DNA of 64,000 nt, taken from positions 608,001-672,000 of the forward strand of contig CAXXVL010000001.1 of assembly GCA_963667845.2 (NCBI GenBank), given 5' to 3'. Shown piece after piece: positions 18,212-27,747 of this stretch. The position numbers and the translations under genes were made by a program. Source of the DNA: Smithellaceae bacterium. GTDB taxonomy: Bacteria > Desulfobacterota > Syntrophia > Syntrophales > Smithellaceae. Under the pieces are notes generated by a model. That model was not told the origin of the DNA, did not search any database, and saw nothing but the letters and a program-made list of their open reading frames with translations. Within the stretch, counting starts at the first letter, position 1; each line of letters begins with the position of its first letter.

Positions 18212-20020
18212 ATGACAAAGCAAGATGTTCTGAAAAAATACTTCGGCTACGAAACCTTTTATCCGCTGCAGGCCCAAATCATCGATCATGTCCTCGCCGA
18301 AAAAGACGCACTGATTTTGATGCCGACGGGCGGGGGAAAATCCATCTGCTTTCAGATCCCCGCGCTCCTCATGGAAGGCACGGCTATCGCCGTTTCTCCG
18401 CTCATCGCACTCATGAAAGATCAGGTGGATGCGCTCACCGCCAACGGAATTCCCGCGGCATTTCTCAACAGCACCCAGACCCAGAAAGAAAACGCAGACG
18501 TCATGCGCAGGTGCCTCGGCGGCGAAATCAAATTGCTCTATGTCTCACCGGAGCGGCTGGCGGCGGCCTCCACGATCGGATTGCTGCAAAAGCTCAAGCT
18601 CTCTCTTTTTGCCGTCGATGAAGCGCACTGCATTTCTTCCTGGGGACATGATTTCCGGCCTGATTATCTGACACTCCATGTTCTCAGAGAAAAATTTCCG
18701 GCTGTGCCGCTTATCGCGCTTACCGCCACGGCCGACCGGGTGATCCGCAGAGATATTCTGCGTCAGCTCGCTATTCCCGGCGAACATCAGTTTGTCGCTT
18801 CCTTTGACCGGCCGAATCTGAGCCTCGCGGTCTATTCGGGGCAAAAACGCATCGAGCAGATTCTCCGCTTTCTGGCCAGAAAGAAAAACCAGCCGGGGAT
18901 TATCTACTGCCTCAGCCGTAAAACGACGGAGCGCGTGGCCGCAAAGCTTACGGACCGCGGCTACCGTGCGGCCTGCTATCATGCCGGAATGGATAACGGC
19001 GATAGAAGCGCCGTTCAGGACGCGTTTATCCGCGACAAGATTCAGATCATCTGTGCGACCATTGCCTTCGGCCTGGGGATCGATAAATCGAATATCCGCT
19101 GGATCATTCACTACAGCCTGCCCAAAAACATTGAAAGCTACTATCAGGAAATCGGGCGGGCGGGGCGCGACGGAGCGCCGGCCGAGACGGTGCTGTTATA
19201 CAGCTATGCCGATGTGAAGACCCATCAGGATATGCTCCGGGATTTACCGCCGGACCGGCAGGAGTTACTTTCGGCCAAACTCGACCGCATGAAGCGCTAC
19301 GCGGAGGCAGATATCTGCCGCCGCCGGATTCTGCTGAGTTACTTCAACGAACAGCCGAAAGAAGACTGCGGCAATTGCGATGTCTGCAAAAACCCGCCCA
19401 GGAAATTCAATGGCACCATCCTCGCTCAAAAAGCGCTGTCGGCGATTGCCCGCACCCACGAAAGAATCAACATGACCACGCTGATCCAAATTCTGCGCGG
19501 CTCACACAGTGCGTTCATCCGGGAAAACGGTTATGATCAGATCAAGACATTCGGAGCCGGCCGGGATATCAAATACAATGACTGGGCGGAGTATATCTTT
19601 CAACTGCTCAATTCCGGCTTTATCGATATCGCTTACGATGAAGGTTATGCGCTGAAACTCAACGACCTGAGCCGGAAGATTCTGAAGGCGGAAATGGACG
19701 TGCTTTTAACCGAACCCGTGGAGATGGAAAAGAAGCTTTCCGCCATCGCCGCGCCGGCAAAAGAACAAGCCCCGGCCGACGGGCTGTTCGAGAAGCTGCG
19801 CGTGCTCCGAAAGACGCTTGCGGATGAGAACAATGTGCCTGCCTATATTGTGTTTTCCGACAAAACGCTTCTGGACATGGCGGATAAGCGCCCCGGGGAT
19901 GAAATGGAGATGCTGGCCGTGAGCGGTGTCGGGGAGCACAAACTCAGGCTTTACGGGGAAATATTTCTGGATGAAATCAGGCGCCATTTGCATGAAGAGA
20001 GCAAGCAGTCGCCTCAATAA
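18212..20020 (+). CDS. recQ: ATP-dependent DNA helicase RecQ
   Basis: MPTGGGKS, DEAHC.S.WGHDFRP, QEIGRAGRDG, Zn-binding cysteines, RQC and HRDC domains. Confidence 0.97.
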   Translation: MTKQDVLKKYFGYETFYPLQAQIIDHVLAEKDALILMPTGGGKSICFQIPALLMEGTAIAVSPLIALMKDQVDALTANGIPAAFLNSTQTQKENADVMRRCLGGEIKLLYVSPERLAAASTIGLLQKLKLSLFAVDEAHCISSWGHDFRPDYLTLHVLREKFPAVPLIALTATADRVIRRDILRQLAIPGEHQFVASFDRPNLSLAVYSGQKRIEQILRFLARKKNQPGIIYCLSRKTTERVAAKLTDRGYRAACYHAGMDNGDRSAVQDAFIRDKIQIICATIAFGLGIDKSNIRWIIHYSLPKNIESYYQEIGRAGRDGAPAETVLLYSYADVKTHQDMLRDLPPDRQELLSAKLDRMKRYAEADICRRRILLSYFNEQPKEDCGNCDVCKNPPRKFNGTILAQKALSAIARTHERINMTTLIQILRGSHSAFIRENGYDQIKTFGAGRDIKYNDWAEYIFQLLNSGFIDIAYDEGYALKLNDLSRKILKAEMDVLLTEPVEMEKKLSAIAAPAKEQAPADGLFEKLRVLRKTLADENNVPAYIVFSDKTLLDMADKRPGDEMEMLAVSGVGEHKLRLYGEIFLDEIRRHLHEESKQSPQ

Positions 20021-20344
20021 CGATTCAGCCGGTTCTTACGAGCCTGTCAGATATATATCTTCTCCTGTCCTGGCTATTGAATTTTGGTAAAGAAGGCTTG
20101 CTGAAAAATTAATCAATTAATTTGTGTGAGAGGGATGAAAAGAATTTGAAATTGACAGAAGAAGGGAACCGTCGTATACGGCGACCGTCGGCATGAAGTT
20201 CGGATCAGGATAGGTTGGGGAATTCAAGAACTGCCGCAAGCATCCGACAGTCATGCAAACATTCTTTACCGAGGGAGGTCATTTTTCATCGTGTTTTGCG
20301 CCGTTCATCCAATAGCTGAATTCCCTGTTTTGAATAAATGATCC

Positions 20345-21190
20345 ATGGAATCTGAGGCTTTAAAATATCCGTCCGTGCCGATGAATGTCTCCGGGGAGAC
20401 GTCATCATCCATTCTGGTCGATAAATGCTCCATATCCTTTAAAAAAGGCGGTGCCGGACCTCCGCTGATCTTCTTCCACGGCTGGGTAGGCGACGAAGAG
20501 GCTTTCGCGCCCTGCCATGAGGCTTTCGCTAAACATTATACCGTATATAGCCCCGCCTGGCCGGGTTATGGGAAAAGCAGTCCTGTGCCGAATCTTGCTA
20601 TCGAAGATATTGTCGAAATCGCGAGACGCTTCATTCTCGCCACCAGCCATACCCCGGTGACGATTATCGGAAGTTGTCTGGGAGGGGCTGTGGCCATCGA
20701 GTTGATCCGGCTTTATCCGGAACTGGTGGATCAACTTGTCCTCGTCGAGGTGTATGATTATCTGCCCTGGTATATGTATCCGCTGCTCATCCCCTATCTG
20801 AACGTCTTCGTCTATAACCTGGCATTCAAGAGCACGACCGGGTTTCGCATTCTCAATAGTCTTTTGACGACAAAATTTGCAGCGAACGAAGACGGATTTC
20901 GCTACGTGGCGGATGGTTTTCAGAACACAAACACCGGGGCAGCCCTTGATTTTCTGAAGGCCGTTAATCGTTTCGAAGGTCAATTATGCCGGGAGCATTA
21001 CCGGTCGGACGTTGCCACGATCTACGTGCAGGGCGGGAAGAGCTTCAAACCCCTGTATAAATTCAAAGAGACCGCTATTCAATTCTTCCGGAATCTGACA
21101 ATCGTGTCCATGCCGGAATCTTTACATGTGCCGCTCGCCGAGCAGCCTGAGCTTTTCAGCGCCGAAGTACTGCATCATCTCGGCCGCTGA
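20345..21190 (+). CDS. Alpha/beta hydrolase with Cys at the nucleophile position
   Basis: FFHGW, PGYGKS, GSCLGG, C-terminal H.P..EQP. Confidence 0.8.
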   Translation: MESEALKYPSVPMNVSGETSSSILVDKCSISFKKGGAGPPLIFFHGWVGDEEAFAPCHEAFAKHYTVYSPAWPGYGKSSPVPNLAIEDIVEIARRFILATSHTPVTIIGSCLGGAVAIELIRLYPELVDQLVLVEVYDYLPWYMYPLLIPYLNVFVYNLAFKSTTGFRILNSLLTTKFAANEDGFRYVADGFQNTNTGAALDFLKAVNRFEGQLCREHYRSDVATIYVQGGKSFKPLYKFKETAIQFFRNLTIVSMPESLHVPLAEQPELFSAEVLHHLGR

Positions 21191-21386
21191 TTCCTGCGGG
21201 CAATCCATCATTTTTCATTTCTTGCGGCATGCCCGATGAAAGAGCAATCCATTACTCAGGATGAGTAAGTTGCGTGCTTGCTTTTCCCCGCTGTGTCCTG
21301 GTTCAACGGCAGTTTCACCCTCTTTACACTCGGGAAAATCTCATGTACATTGCATCGCAGGCCAAGCGCCGGCAAGGAGATAAAAA

Positions 21387-23570
21387 ATGGATATCAAGAG
21401 TCTGCTCACGCAGGCAAAAAGCGAAGGACGAAAGGCCTTGACAGAGGCCGAGGCCAAACAGGTTTTAAATCTCTACGGTGTTCCTGTTGTAAAGGAATGT
21501 GTAGCGAAAACGCCCGAGGAGGCAGCCGAACAAGCGGAATCATTCGGATTCCCCGTAGTCCTTAAGGGCCTGGGAACGAAATTAACCCATAAAACGGAAA
21601 GAGGGCTTGTCCACCTGAATCTCAAGGACCGCGGGGCAGTGATCGATGCGGCACAGGCCATTGCGCAATCGGCAGGCAGCGATCTGGAGGGTTACCTTGT
21701 GTCACCGTTCGTCAGGGGACGGCGTGAATTTGTCGCCGGTATGTTTTGTGATCCCCAGTTCGGCCCCATTGTCATGTTCGGTCTGGGCGGCATCTTCACG
21801 GAGGCTATGGGCGACGTCGTTTTCCGTGTGGCTCCTCTGGACGAACATGAAGCGGCATCGATGCTGGATGAACTTCGCGCCGCAAAACTTCTGGGTCCTT
21901 TTCGGGGCGATGCGGCCGTCTGTCGTGATGAGATCGTCAAGACGCTTGTTGCCCTCTCCCGGTTGGCCCTGGATTGGGAGGCCATCACGGAAGTGGACAT
22001 CAATCCTTTGATTGTCGGTCCCGACGGCCATGTGACGGCCGTGGATGCTCTGATCATCCTTGGCGAAAGGCCGGTGGAAGTGGCCGCCCGTCCCCCTGTG
22101 GACCCGGGAGAAATCGGCAAAATGTTCAGTCCCAAGTCGATTGCCTTTATCGGGGCATCGGCCCAGCTCGGAAAATGGGGAAACATGCTGATGACCAATG
22201 TTCTGGCCGGCGGGTATGAGGGGGAGATCTATCTGGTCAACCCCAAAGCGGACACAATTGCCGGACGCAAAGTATATAAAACCATCGGCGATGTTCCCGG
22301 TCCCGTCGATCTGGCCATCGTCACCGTTCCGGCTCTCCAGTCGCTCGCGCTGATTCCCGAGCTCAAGGCCAAGGGCATCCGGTACATGCTGCTTATTTCA
22401 TCGGGCTTCAGCGAAGTCGGACCCGAGGGCCGCGAACTGGAAAAGAAGCTGGTTCGTCTGGCCGCCGAAAACGGTGTCTCCGTTTTAGGGCCCAACACGA
22501 TGGGCATCTGCAACCCGCATATCAAATTCTACTGTATCGGAACGCCGTGCTGGCCCAAGGCCGGCTCTATAGGACTTTTATCCCAGTCGGGCAATCTGGG
22601 AACTCAGCTGATGGCCTTTGCCGAAGCGGAAGGCATCGGCATCCGCTCGTTCTGCGGCTCAGGCAACGAAGCTATGATCACGATCGAAGATTACCTCAGA
22701 ACCGCCGCCCTCGACGATGTGACAAAATCCATCATCCTGTATGTGGAAAGCATGAAGGACGGACGGCGTTTCTTCAGAACCGCGCAAAAAGTGTCCCGCA
22801 GAAAACCCGTTGTCCTGCTCAAGGGCGGCAGGACTGCCGCCGGAAGCCGCGCCGCGGCCAGCCATACGGGGGCCATGGCATCCAATATTAAAATTCTCAA
22901 CGCCGCCTGCCGCCAGGCCGGTGTGGTGCTCGCGGACCAGCCCATGGATCTGCTCGATTTGTCCGCCGCCTTTTCATCCTTGCCCCTGCCCAAAGGAAAG
23001 CGCGTCGGCATCATGACACTGGGCGGCGGCTGGGGCGTCGTCACGACGGACCTGTGCATTGAAAACGGTCTGGCGGTTCCGCACCTGACGCCGGATGTGA
23101 TTGCCCAGATCAATCAGATCCTGCCGCCCTTCTGGAGCAAGGAAAATCCCGTTGATCTTGTGGGTGAGATGGGTGCGGATATTCCCGTAAAGATACTGGA
23201 GATCCTGGCCAAGTGGGACCAATGCGATGCCATCATCCATCTGGGCGTTGTGGGCAGGCTCCGCCTGATCGATACCATGATCAAGGCGGCCCGCGACTCC
23301 GGACAGGAAATCCGGCAGGATCTCTACGATTCGGGCATCAAGCTGTATAAGGATTCTGAAGCCGAAGTGTTTCAACGCAGCGCCGAACTGATGACGAAAT
23401 ACGGCAAGCCGATCCTGGGCGTGTTTCTCGATGACGTCCACAGCAAGACCATTACCGAGATTCCCGGCAGCCCTTACAGCGGAATTGCCTTCCTGACGCC
23501 GGAACGCGCCGTCAAGGTGCTCTCCAGAATGGTTATCTACCAGGATTGGCTGAGAAGGGAAGGTATCTGA
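21387..23570 (+). CDS. ADP-forming acyl/acetate-CoA ligase, beta-alpha fusion
   Basis: N-terminal ATP-grasp (FPVVLK..HKTE, DPQFGP, DINPL), then CoA-binding domain, GPNTMG, SQSG and SHTG phospho-His motifs. Confidence 0.9.
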   Translation: MDIKSLLTQAKSEGRKALTEAEAKQVLNLYGVPVVKECVAKTPEEAAEQAESFGFPVVLKGLGTKLTHKTERGLVHLNLKDRGAVIDAAQAIAQSAGSDLEGYLVSPFVRGRREFVAGMFCDPQFGPIVMFGLGGIFTEAMGDVVFRVAPLDEHEAASMLDELRAAKLLGPFRGDAAVCRDEIVKTLVALSRLALDWEAITEVDINPLIVGPDGHVTAVDALIILGERPVEVAARPPVDPGEIGKMFSPKSIAFIGASAQLGKWGNMLMTNVLAGGYEGEIYLVNPKADTIAGRKVYKTIGDVPGPVDLAIVTVPALQSLALIPELKAKGIRYMLLISSGFSEVGPEGRELEKKLVRLAAENGVSVLGPNTMGICNPHIKFYCIGTPCWPKAGSIGLLSQSGNLGTQLMAFAEAEGIGIRSFCGSGNEAMITIEDYLRTAALDDVTKSIILYVESMKDGRRFFRTAQKVSRRKPVVLLKGGRTAAGSRAAASHTGAMASNIKILNAACRQAGVVLADQPMDLLDLSAAFSSLPLPKGKRVGIMTLGGGWGVVTTDLCIENGLAVPHLTPDVIAQINQILPPFWSKENPVDLVGEMGADIPVKILEILAKWDQCDAIIHLGVVGRLRLIDTMIKAARDSGQEIRQDLYDSGIKLYKDSEAEVFQRSAELMTKYGKPILGVFLDDVHSKTITEIPGSPYSGIAFLTPERAVKVLSRMVIYQDWLRREGI

Positions 23571-23699
23571 AGAGACTCGCGGATTCTGAACCGGTGAGGG
23601 TGGGATCCCGTATTGGCGGGGGGCTTTTTATCTTTTCCCCGCACGAAGAGGAAGTTCTTGTTCATTGCTCATCCAATTAAATTTATGGGAGGTGTCACT

Positions 23700-24521
23700 A
23701 TGAACGGCACAAAGAAATACGTCACAAAATGGCGTATGTTCTTAATCGTGGGAATCTTCATCCTGTTGATTCTGGGAACGGCACTCGTGGCCTGGTCATG
23801 GGATCGATCCGGCAATAATTATTCCTTTACCGGAGGACGGGTATTGATTGGCGTCAGCTCTCTTACGTGGTCTCATTCAGGTGATGCCAATGCCTATCTT
23901 CAAGTTCACAATCCGGAAAACAATTCCAATAATTATGAAGTGGCGCGGTTCACTGCTAAGCCGGGCAGTAACAGGTTCGCTTATATCACAATAGGAGATG
24001 CTGTTCTTGAGAGCAAGGGTACGCAAGGATATATCGGCTATAGCCCGGGAGAAAGAAAATGGGTTATCGGGACACATTTTAACGGACCAACGATGACTTT
24101 GAAAAGCGCCGGTGAGGGCGGTTATGTGGGTATCGGTAACACCAACCCACTATATCCTCTGCACTTGGCCAGTGGTGCGTATGTTTCAACCGGAGGCACG
24201 TGGACGAATGCCTCTAGCAGGGAATATAAGAATAATGTTCAAGGACTGAAGATAGAAGACGCCATGAAGGCACTTCAGGGACTTCATCCCGTTACGTTCA
24301 GTTACAAGGTATCTCCCGAGGAGAACCACGTCGGGTTTATTGCCGAAGATGTTCCCAATCTAGTTGCAACGAAAGACCGCAAGGGATTAAGTTCAATGGA
24401 CGTTGTAGCCGTTCTCACCAAGGTCGTGCAGGAGCAGCAGAAGACAATCAGGGATTTGCAGGAGAAGAATAGCAGGCTTGCGCAATTAGAGCAGCGGCTT
24501 CTTGTCTTGGAGGGAAAGTGA
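23700..24521 (+). CDS. Exported protein with C-terminal peptidase S74 (intramolecular chaperone) domain
   Basis: GGAGG SD; VGIG..NP; W..ASSREYK.N…L.PV.F.YK…GFIAEDVP; terminal coiled coil. Confidence 0.8.
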   Translation: MNGTKKYVTKWRMFLIVGIFILLILGTALVAWSWDRSGNNYSFTGGRVLIGVSSLTWSHSGDANAYLQVHNPENNSNNYEVARFTAKPGSNRFAYITIGDAVLESKGTQGYIGYSPGERKWVIGTHFNGPTMTLKSAGEGGYVGIGNTNPLYPLHLASGAYVSTGGTWTNASSREYKNNVQGLKIEDAMKALQGLHPVTFSYKVSPEENHVGFIAEDVPNLVATKDRKGLSSMDVVAVLTKVVQEQQKTIRDLQEKNSRLAQLEQRLLVLEGK

Positions 24522-24535
24522 GCAGTAGAAAGGAA

Positions 24536-24594
24536 ATCAACCGCCTCGCAGCAAGCTGCGGAAAATTAACGCTCGTCCCCAAGTGAGCGGGATT
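24536..24594 (-). repeat. Family B repeat copy 3 (short form, inverted)
   Basis: Reverse complement reads AATCCCGCTCACTTGGGGACGAGCGTTAATTTTCCGCAGCTTGCTGCGAGGCGGTTGAT. Confidence 0.85.
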
Positions 24595-24597
24595 AAA

Positions 24598-24629
24598 AAC
24601 CCCCTTAAGCCTTTCGACTTAAGGGGGTT
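24598..24629. terminator. Hairpin terminator between convergent genes
   Basis: AACCCCCTTAAG…CTTAAGGGGGTT 12-bp stem. Confidence 0.7.
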
Positions 24630-24680
24630 GTATTTGAACAGATCACGTTTGCCTGTATCTGAATCTGTATTGTCCGCCGA

Positions 24681-24956
24681 TCAGCTCACAATGTTTTTCA
24701 CTGCATCAATAACCGGGTTGGTAAAGAGCGCCATCAGAATGGTGTAAAGAGCGAAGGCGCCGACAACTTCTGCTGTGTACATCTTGTTATACTTCCTCTT
24801 CAGGCTGACTAAAATCAATCCGCCCACAATCAGGCAGCCCAGCTGGAAATACGGGAAATTGGTTGCTCCCGCTGCCGCATATTCGGCAAATCCAAAGGTT
24901 GCCGTTAAGAGAACTACTGCCGCCGCCGCTACGATGGTTCCTAATGTCTTTTTCAT
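24681..24956 (-). CDS. Small membrane protein, hypothetical
   Basis: Strong GGAGG SD; signal peptide plus two hydrophobic helices. Confidence 0.7.
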   Translation of the reverse strand: MKKTLGTIVAAAAVVLLTATFGFAEYAAAGATNFPYFQLGCLIVGGLILVSLKRKYNKMYTAEVVGAFALYTILMALFTNPVIDAVKNIVS

Positions 24957-25014
24957 GATCTGTTACCTCCTTGAGGGTAGTTTGTTTTTTGTGTTTCAAT
25001 TGCCTTTTTACTAA

Positions 25015-25030
25015 TGAAAAGTCCGTGCCA
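25015..25030 (-). promoter_or_regulatory. Possible sigma-54 promoter
   Basis: TGGCACGGACTTTTCA has a perfect -24 box and one mismatch in the -12 box. It lies upstream of 24956, with AT-rich DNA further upstream. Confidence 0.4.
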
Positions 25031-25259
25031 AAATTTAACCAAGGCTAAAATACATAGGTAACAATTCAATATATAACAATATTTTCAGATTTCCTGCCGG
25101 CCGTTAAAATCGAAAAATATTCTTTTCATGCATTTTCTTTCAATGAAATGTTCAACTGCTTAAACGAAATGTGGAAAAATAAAACGGGAACTTTTTTCAT
25201 CTTTCCTTTGTCTAAACTTTAAAATCGCCAAAAGCGACATTTCGCAAAGGAGGCTTGAT

Positions 25260-27590
25260 ATGAAAAAAATCAAAAGATATCCATGGATCATTGTGTTGCT
25301 GCTGTTCTTTTCTTTGCAGGGGTTTGCCCAGCCCAATGGTGCGGAAGACCGGACGCTGTCCCCGTATTTTTTTGTTCAGAGCGATGACCCGTCCACGGAT
25401 CGCCTGCCGCTTAAATCAACGGCGGCGGCGGTGACGATTTCCGGTGTCATCGCCGATGTGCTCGTCACCCAGGTCTATAAAAATGACGGCAAAAAGCCGC
25501 TGGAAGCCATCTATGTCTTTCCGGCATCCACAAGAGCCGCTGTGTATGGCATGAAGATGACGATCGGAAAAAGGGTGATCGAAGCGAAAATCAAGAAGCG
25601 GGATGAGGCCCGCCGCGAGTATGAACAGGCGCGCGACGCGGGAAAGAATGCGTCCCTTCTGGAGCAGCAGCGACCCAACGTGTTTCAGATGAACGTCGCC
25701 AATATTATGCCCGGCGACGAGATCAAAGTCGAACTGAGATACACGGAGCTCCTGGTTCCGACGAATCGCGTTTACGAATTTGTTTATCCGACGGTTGTCG
25801 GCCCGCGCTATTCCAATGCCAAAGCGTCGCAGGCGGCGCCATCCGAGCATTGGGTGGAAAATCCCTATCTGCGTCAGGGCGAACTTCCGGCGACGACCTT
25901 TGATATGACCGTCGCCATCAATGCCGGCATGCCTGTCAAAGATTTGATCTGCTCCTCCCATAAGGTGAATGCGGCCTATGAGAGCGCCTCGAAAGTGAAA
26001 GTATCGCTGGATAAGGCCGAAGCGCGCGGCGGCAATCGTGATTATATTCTGCGCTATCGTCTGGACGGGGATAAAATACAAACCGGCCTTTTGCTTTGGG
26101 AGGGCGAAAAGGAAAATTTCTTTCTGCTCATGATGCAGCCGCCGAAAAAGGTCACGAACGCCGTCATTCCGGGGCGGGAGTACATATTTATCGTCGACGT
26201 CTCGGGTTCGATGCATGGTTTTCCGCTTGCCATTTCCAAAAAGCTTCTCGTCTCGCTGATCGGCAATCTGCGTCCGACTGATAAATTCAATGTGCTGCTC
26301 TTTTCGGGCGGCAATACCCTGATGGCGGAAGAGTCTCTGCCGGCAACGCCGGCCAATGTGCAAAGAGCAATCTCGGTGATCGATCATCAGCAGGGCGGCG
26401 GCGGGACGGAGTTACTGCCAGCGCTCCGACGCGCCCTGGCGCTAAAAAAAGATGATGGCGTCGCCCGGACGGTCGTCATTGTTACCGATGGTTATGTGAG
26501 TGTGGAAGAGGAAGCCTTTGATCTGATCCGCAATAATCTGGGCAATGCCAATATGTTCGCCTTCGGCATCGGTTCGAGTGTCAACCGCCACATCATCGAA
26601 GGCATGGCGCATGTCGGCATGGGCGAACCTTTTATCATCACCAGGCCGGATGCGGCTGAAGCGCAGGCCGCGCGTTTCCGCGAGATGATTCAATCCCCCG
26701 TACTCACCGGGGTGAAGGTCGGTTTTGACGGATTCAGCACGTATGACGTGGAACCCGTGGCGATTCCCGATGTGCTGGCGGGGCGGCCGGTTCTGGTTTT
26801 CGGCAAGTGGCGCGGGAATCCTCAAGGGTCGATCAGGCTCTCCGGCACGACCGGTGAAGGCAAGTATTCGCAGACCGTCAAAGTAGCGGACTATAAACCG
26901 TCCCGGGACAATGCCGCCCTCAGGTATCTCTGGGCGCGGCAGCGCATTACGATCCTGTCGGACTACAACAAGCTGCATAGTGACGACAAGCGCATCCGGG
27001 AGGTGACTGATCTGGGTCTCAACTACAATCTGCTCACGGCTTACACCTCGTTTGTCGCCGTCGATAATGAAGTGCGCAATGTGGACGGAAAGCCGACGAC
27101 GGTGAAGCAGCCGTTGCCGCTGCCCGAAGGCGTCTCGGATTACGCAGTTGGCGGGCAGTTGAACTACGCTGCGGTCCCCGCCCCCACAATGTATAAGAGC
27201 ATGCGGACGGGTGACAAGATGGAAAGCCGTCTTTCGAGAGACAAATCAGCCTTGCAGGAAATTCAAACAGCCGGGAAAAAAGACAAAGAACAAAAGATCA
27301 GCATCGTCAGTGTGACGGCAGGCCAGGGTCTGGCGAAAGATGAAATGCTTAAAGTCGTCCGGGACGGATTAAGTGATCTGGAAAAGTGTCTTTCGGGAAA
27401 GAACTTATCCGGAACCATTAAAATCAACCTGACAATCAATGCGGACGGTACCGTAAAGAATGTGGAAATTGCCCAAGGCGTGAGCGATGTGCAATTCCGG
27501 CAGTGTGTCATCCGGTGGATGCGGCTGTTGATTTTTCCGGCCCCGGCAAACGGGCAAACAGTGAGGGCAACTGTCCTTCTTAAAATGTAG
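25260..27590 (+). CDS. VIT + vWA domain exported protein with C-terminal TonB-like domain
   Basis: VIT motif (EA.YVFP), MIDAS DVSGS, GGTE, TDG; LLTAYTSFVAVD. Confidence 0.85.
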   Translation: MKKIKRYPWIIVLLLFFSLQGFAQPNGAEDRTLSPYFFVQSDDPSTDRLPLKSTAAAVTISGVIADVLVTQVYKNDGKKPLEAIYVFPASTRAAVYGMKMTIGKRVIEAKIKKRDEARREYEQARDAGKNASLLEQQRPNVFQMNVANIMPGDEIKVELRYTELLVPTNRVYEFVYPTVVGPRYSNAKASQAAPSEHWVENPYLRQGELPATTFDMTVAINAGMPVKDLICSSHKVNAAYESASKVKVSLDKAEARGGNRDYILRYRLDGDKIQTGLLLWEGEKENFFLLMMQPPKKVTNAVIPGREYIFIVDVSGSMHGFPLAISKKLLVSLIGNLRPTDKFNVLLFSGGNTLMAEESLPATPANVQRAISVIDHQQGGGGTELLPALRRALALKKDDGVARTVVIVTDGYVSVEEEAFDLIRNNLGNANMFAFGIGSSVNRHIIEGMAHVGMGEPFIITRPDAAEAQAARFREMIQSPVLTGVKVGFDGFSTYDVEPVAIPDVLAGRPVLVFGKWRGNPQGSIRLSGTTGEGKYSQTVKVADYKPSRDNAALRYLWARQRITILSDYNKLHSDDKRIREVTDLGLNYNLLTAYTSFVAVDNEVRNVDGKPTTVKQPLPLPEGVSDYAVGGQLNYAAVPAPTMYKSMRTGDKMESRLSRDKSALQEIQTAGKKDKEQKISIVSVTAGQGLAKDEMLKVVRDGLSDLEKCLSGKNLSGTIKINLTINADGTVKNVEIAQGVSDVQFRQCVIRWMRLLIFPAPANGQTVRATVLLKM

Positions 27591-27747
27591 TCCTCCGGTC
27601 AAGGTCGAGTCTTGAGATGCGGTCCCTTATGTATTTTACGACCCGGCCTTGACCTCCTCCTTGTTCCGGTGGATCCCCCCCCGGAAGTCCAAACCGGCGG
27701 CTCGCCATGAACGGCGGGCTGCCGGCAAGAGGCATACCGGCGAGCGG

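Noticed and set aside
23613..24521. Prophage remnant
   Set aside because: Only one phage-like domain is present, it has a signal segment, and there are no other phage genes or integrase.
27597..27654. Imperfect hairpin GGTCAAGGTCGAGTC…GACCCGGCCTTGACC as tRNA or ncRNA
   Set aside because: No cloverleaf or T-loop signature. It is a single copy between convergent genes, probably terminator-like.
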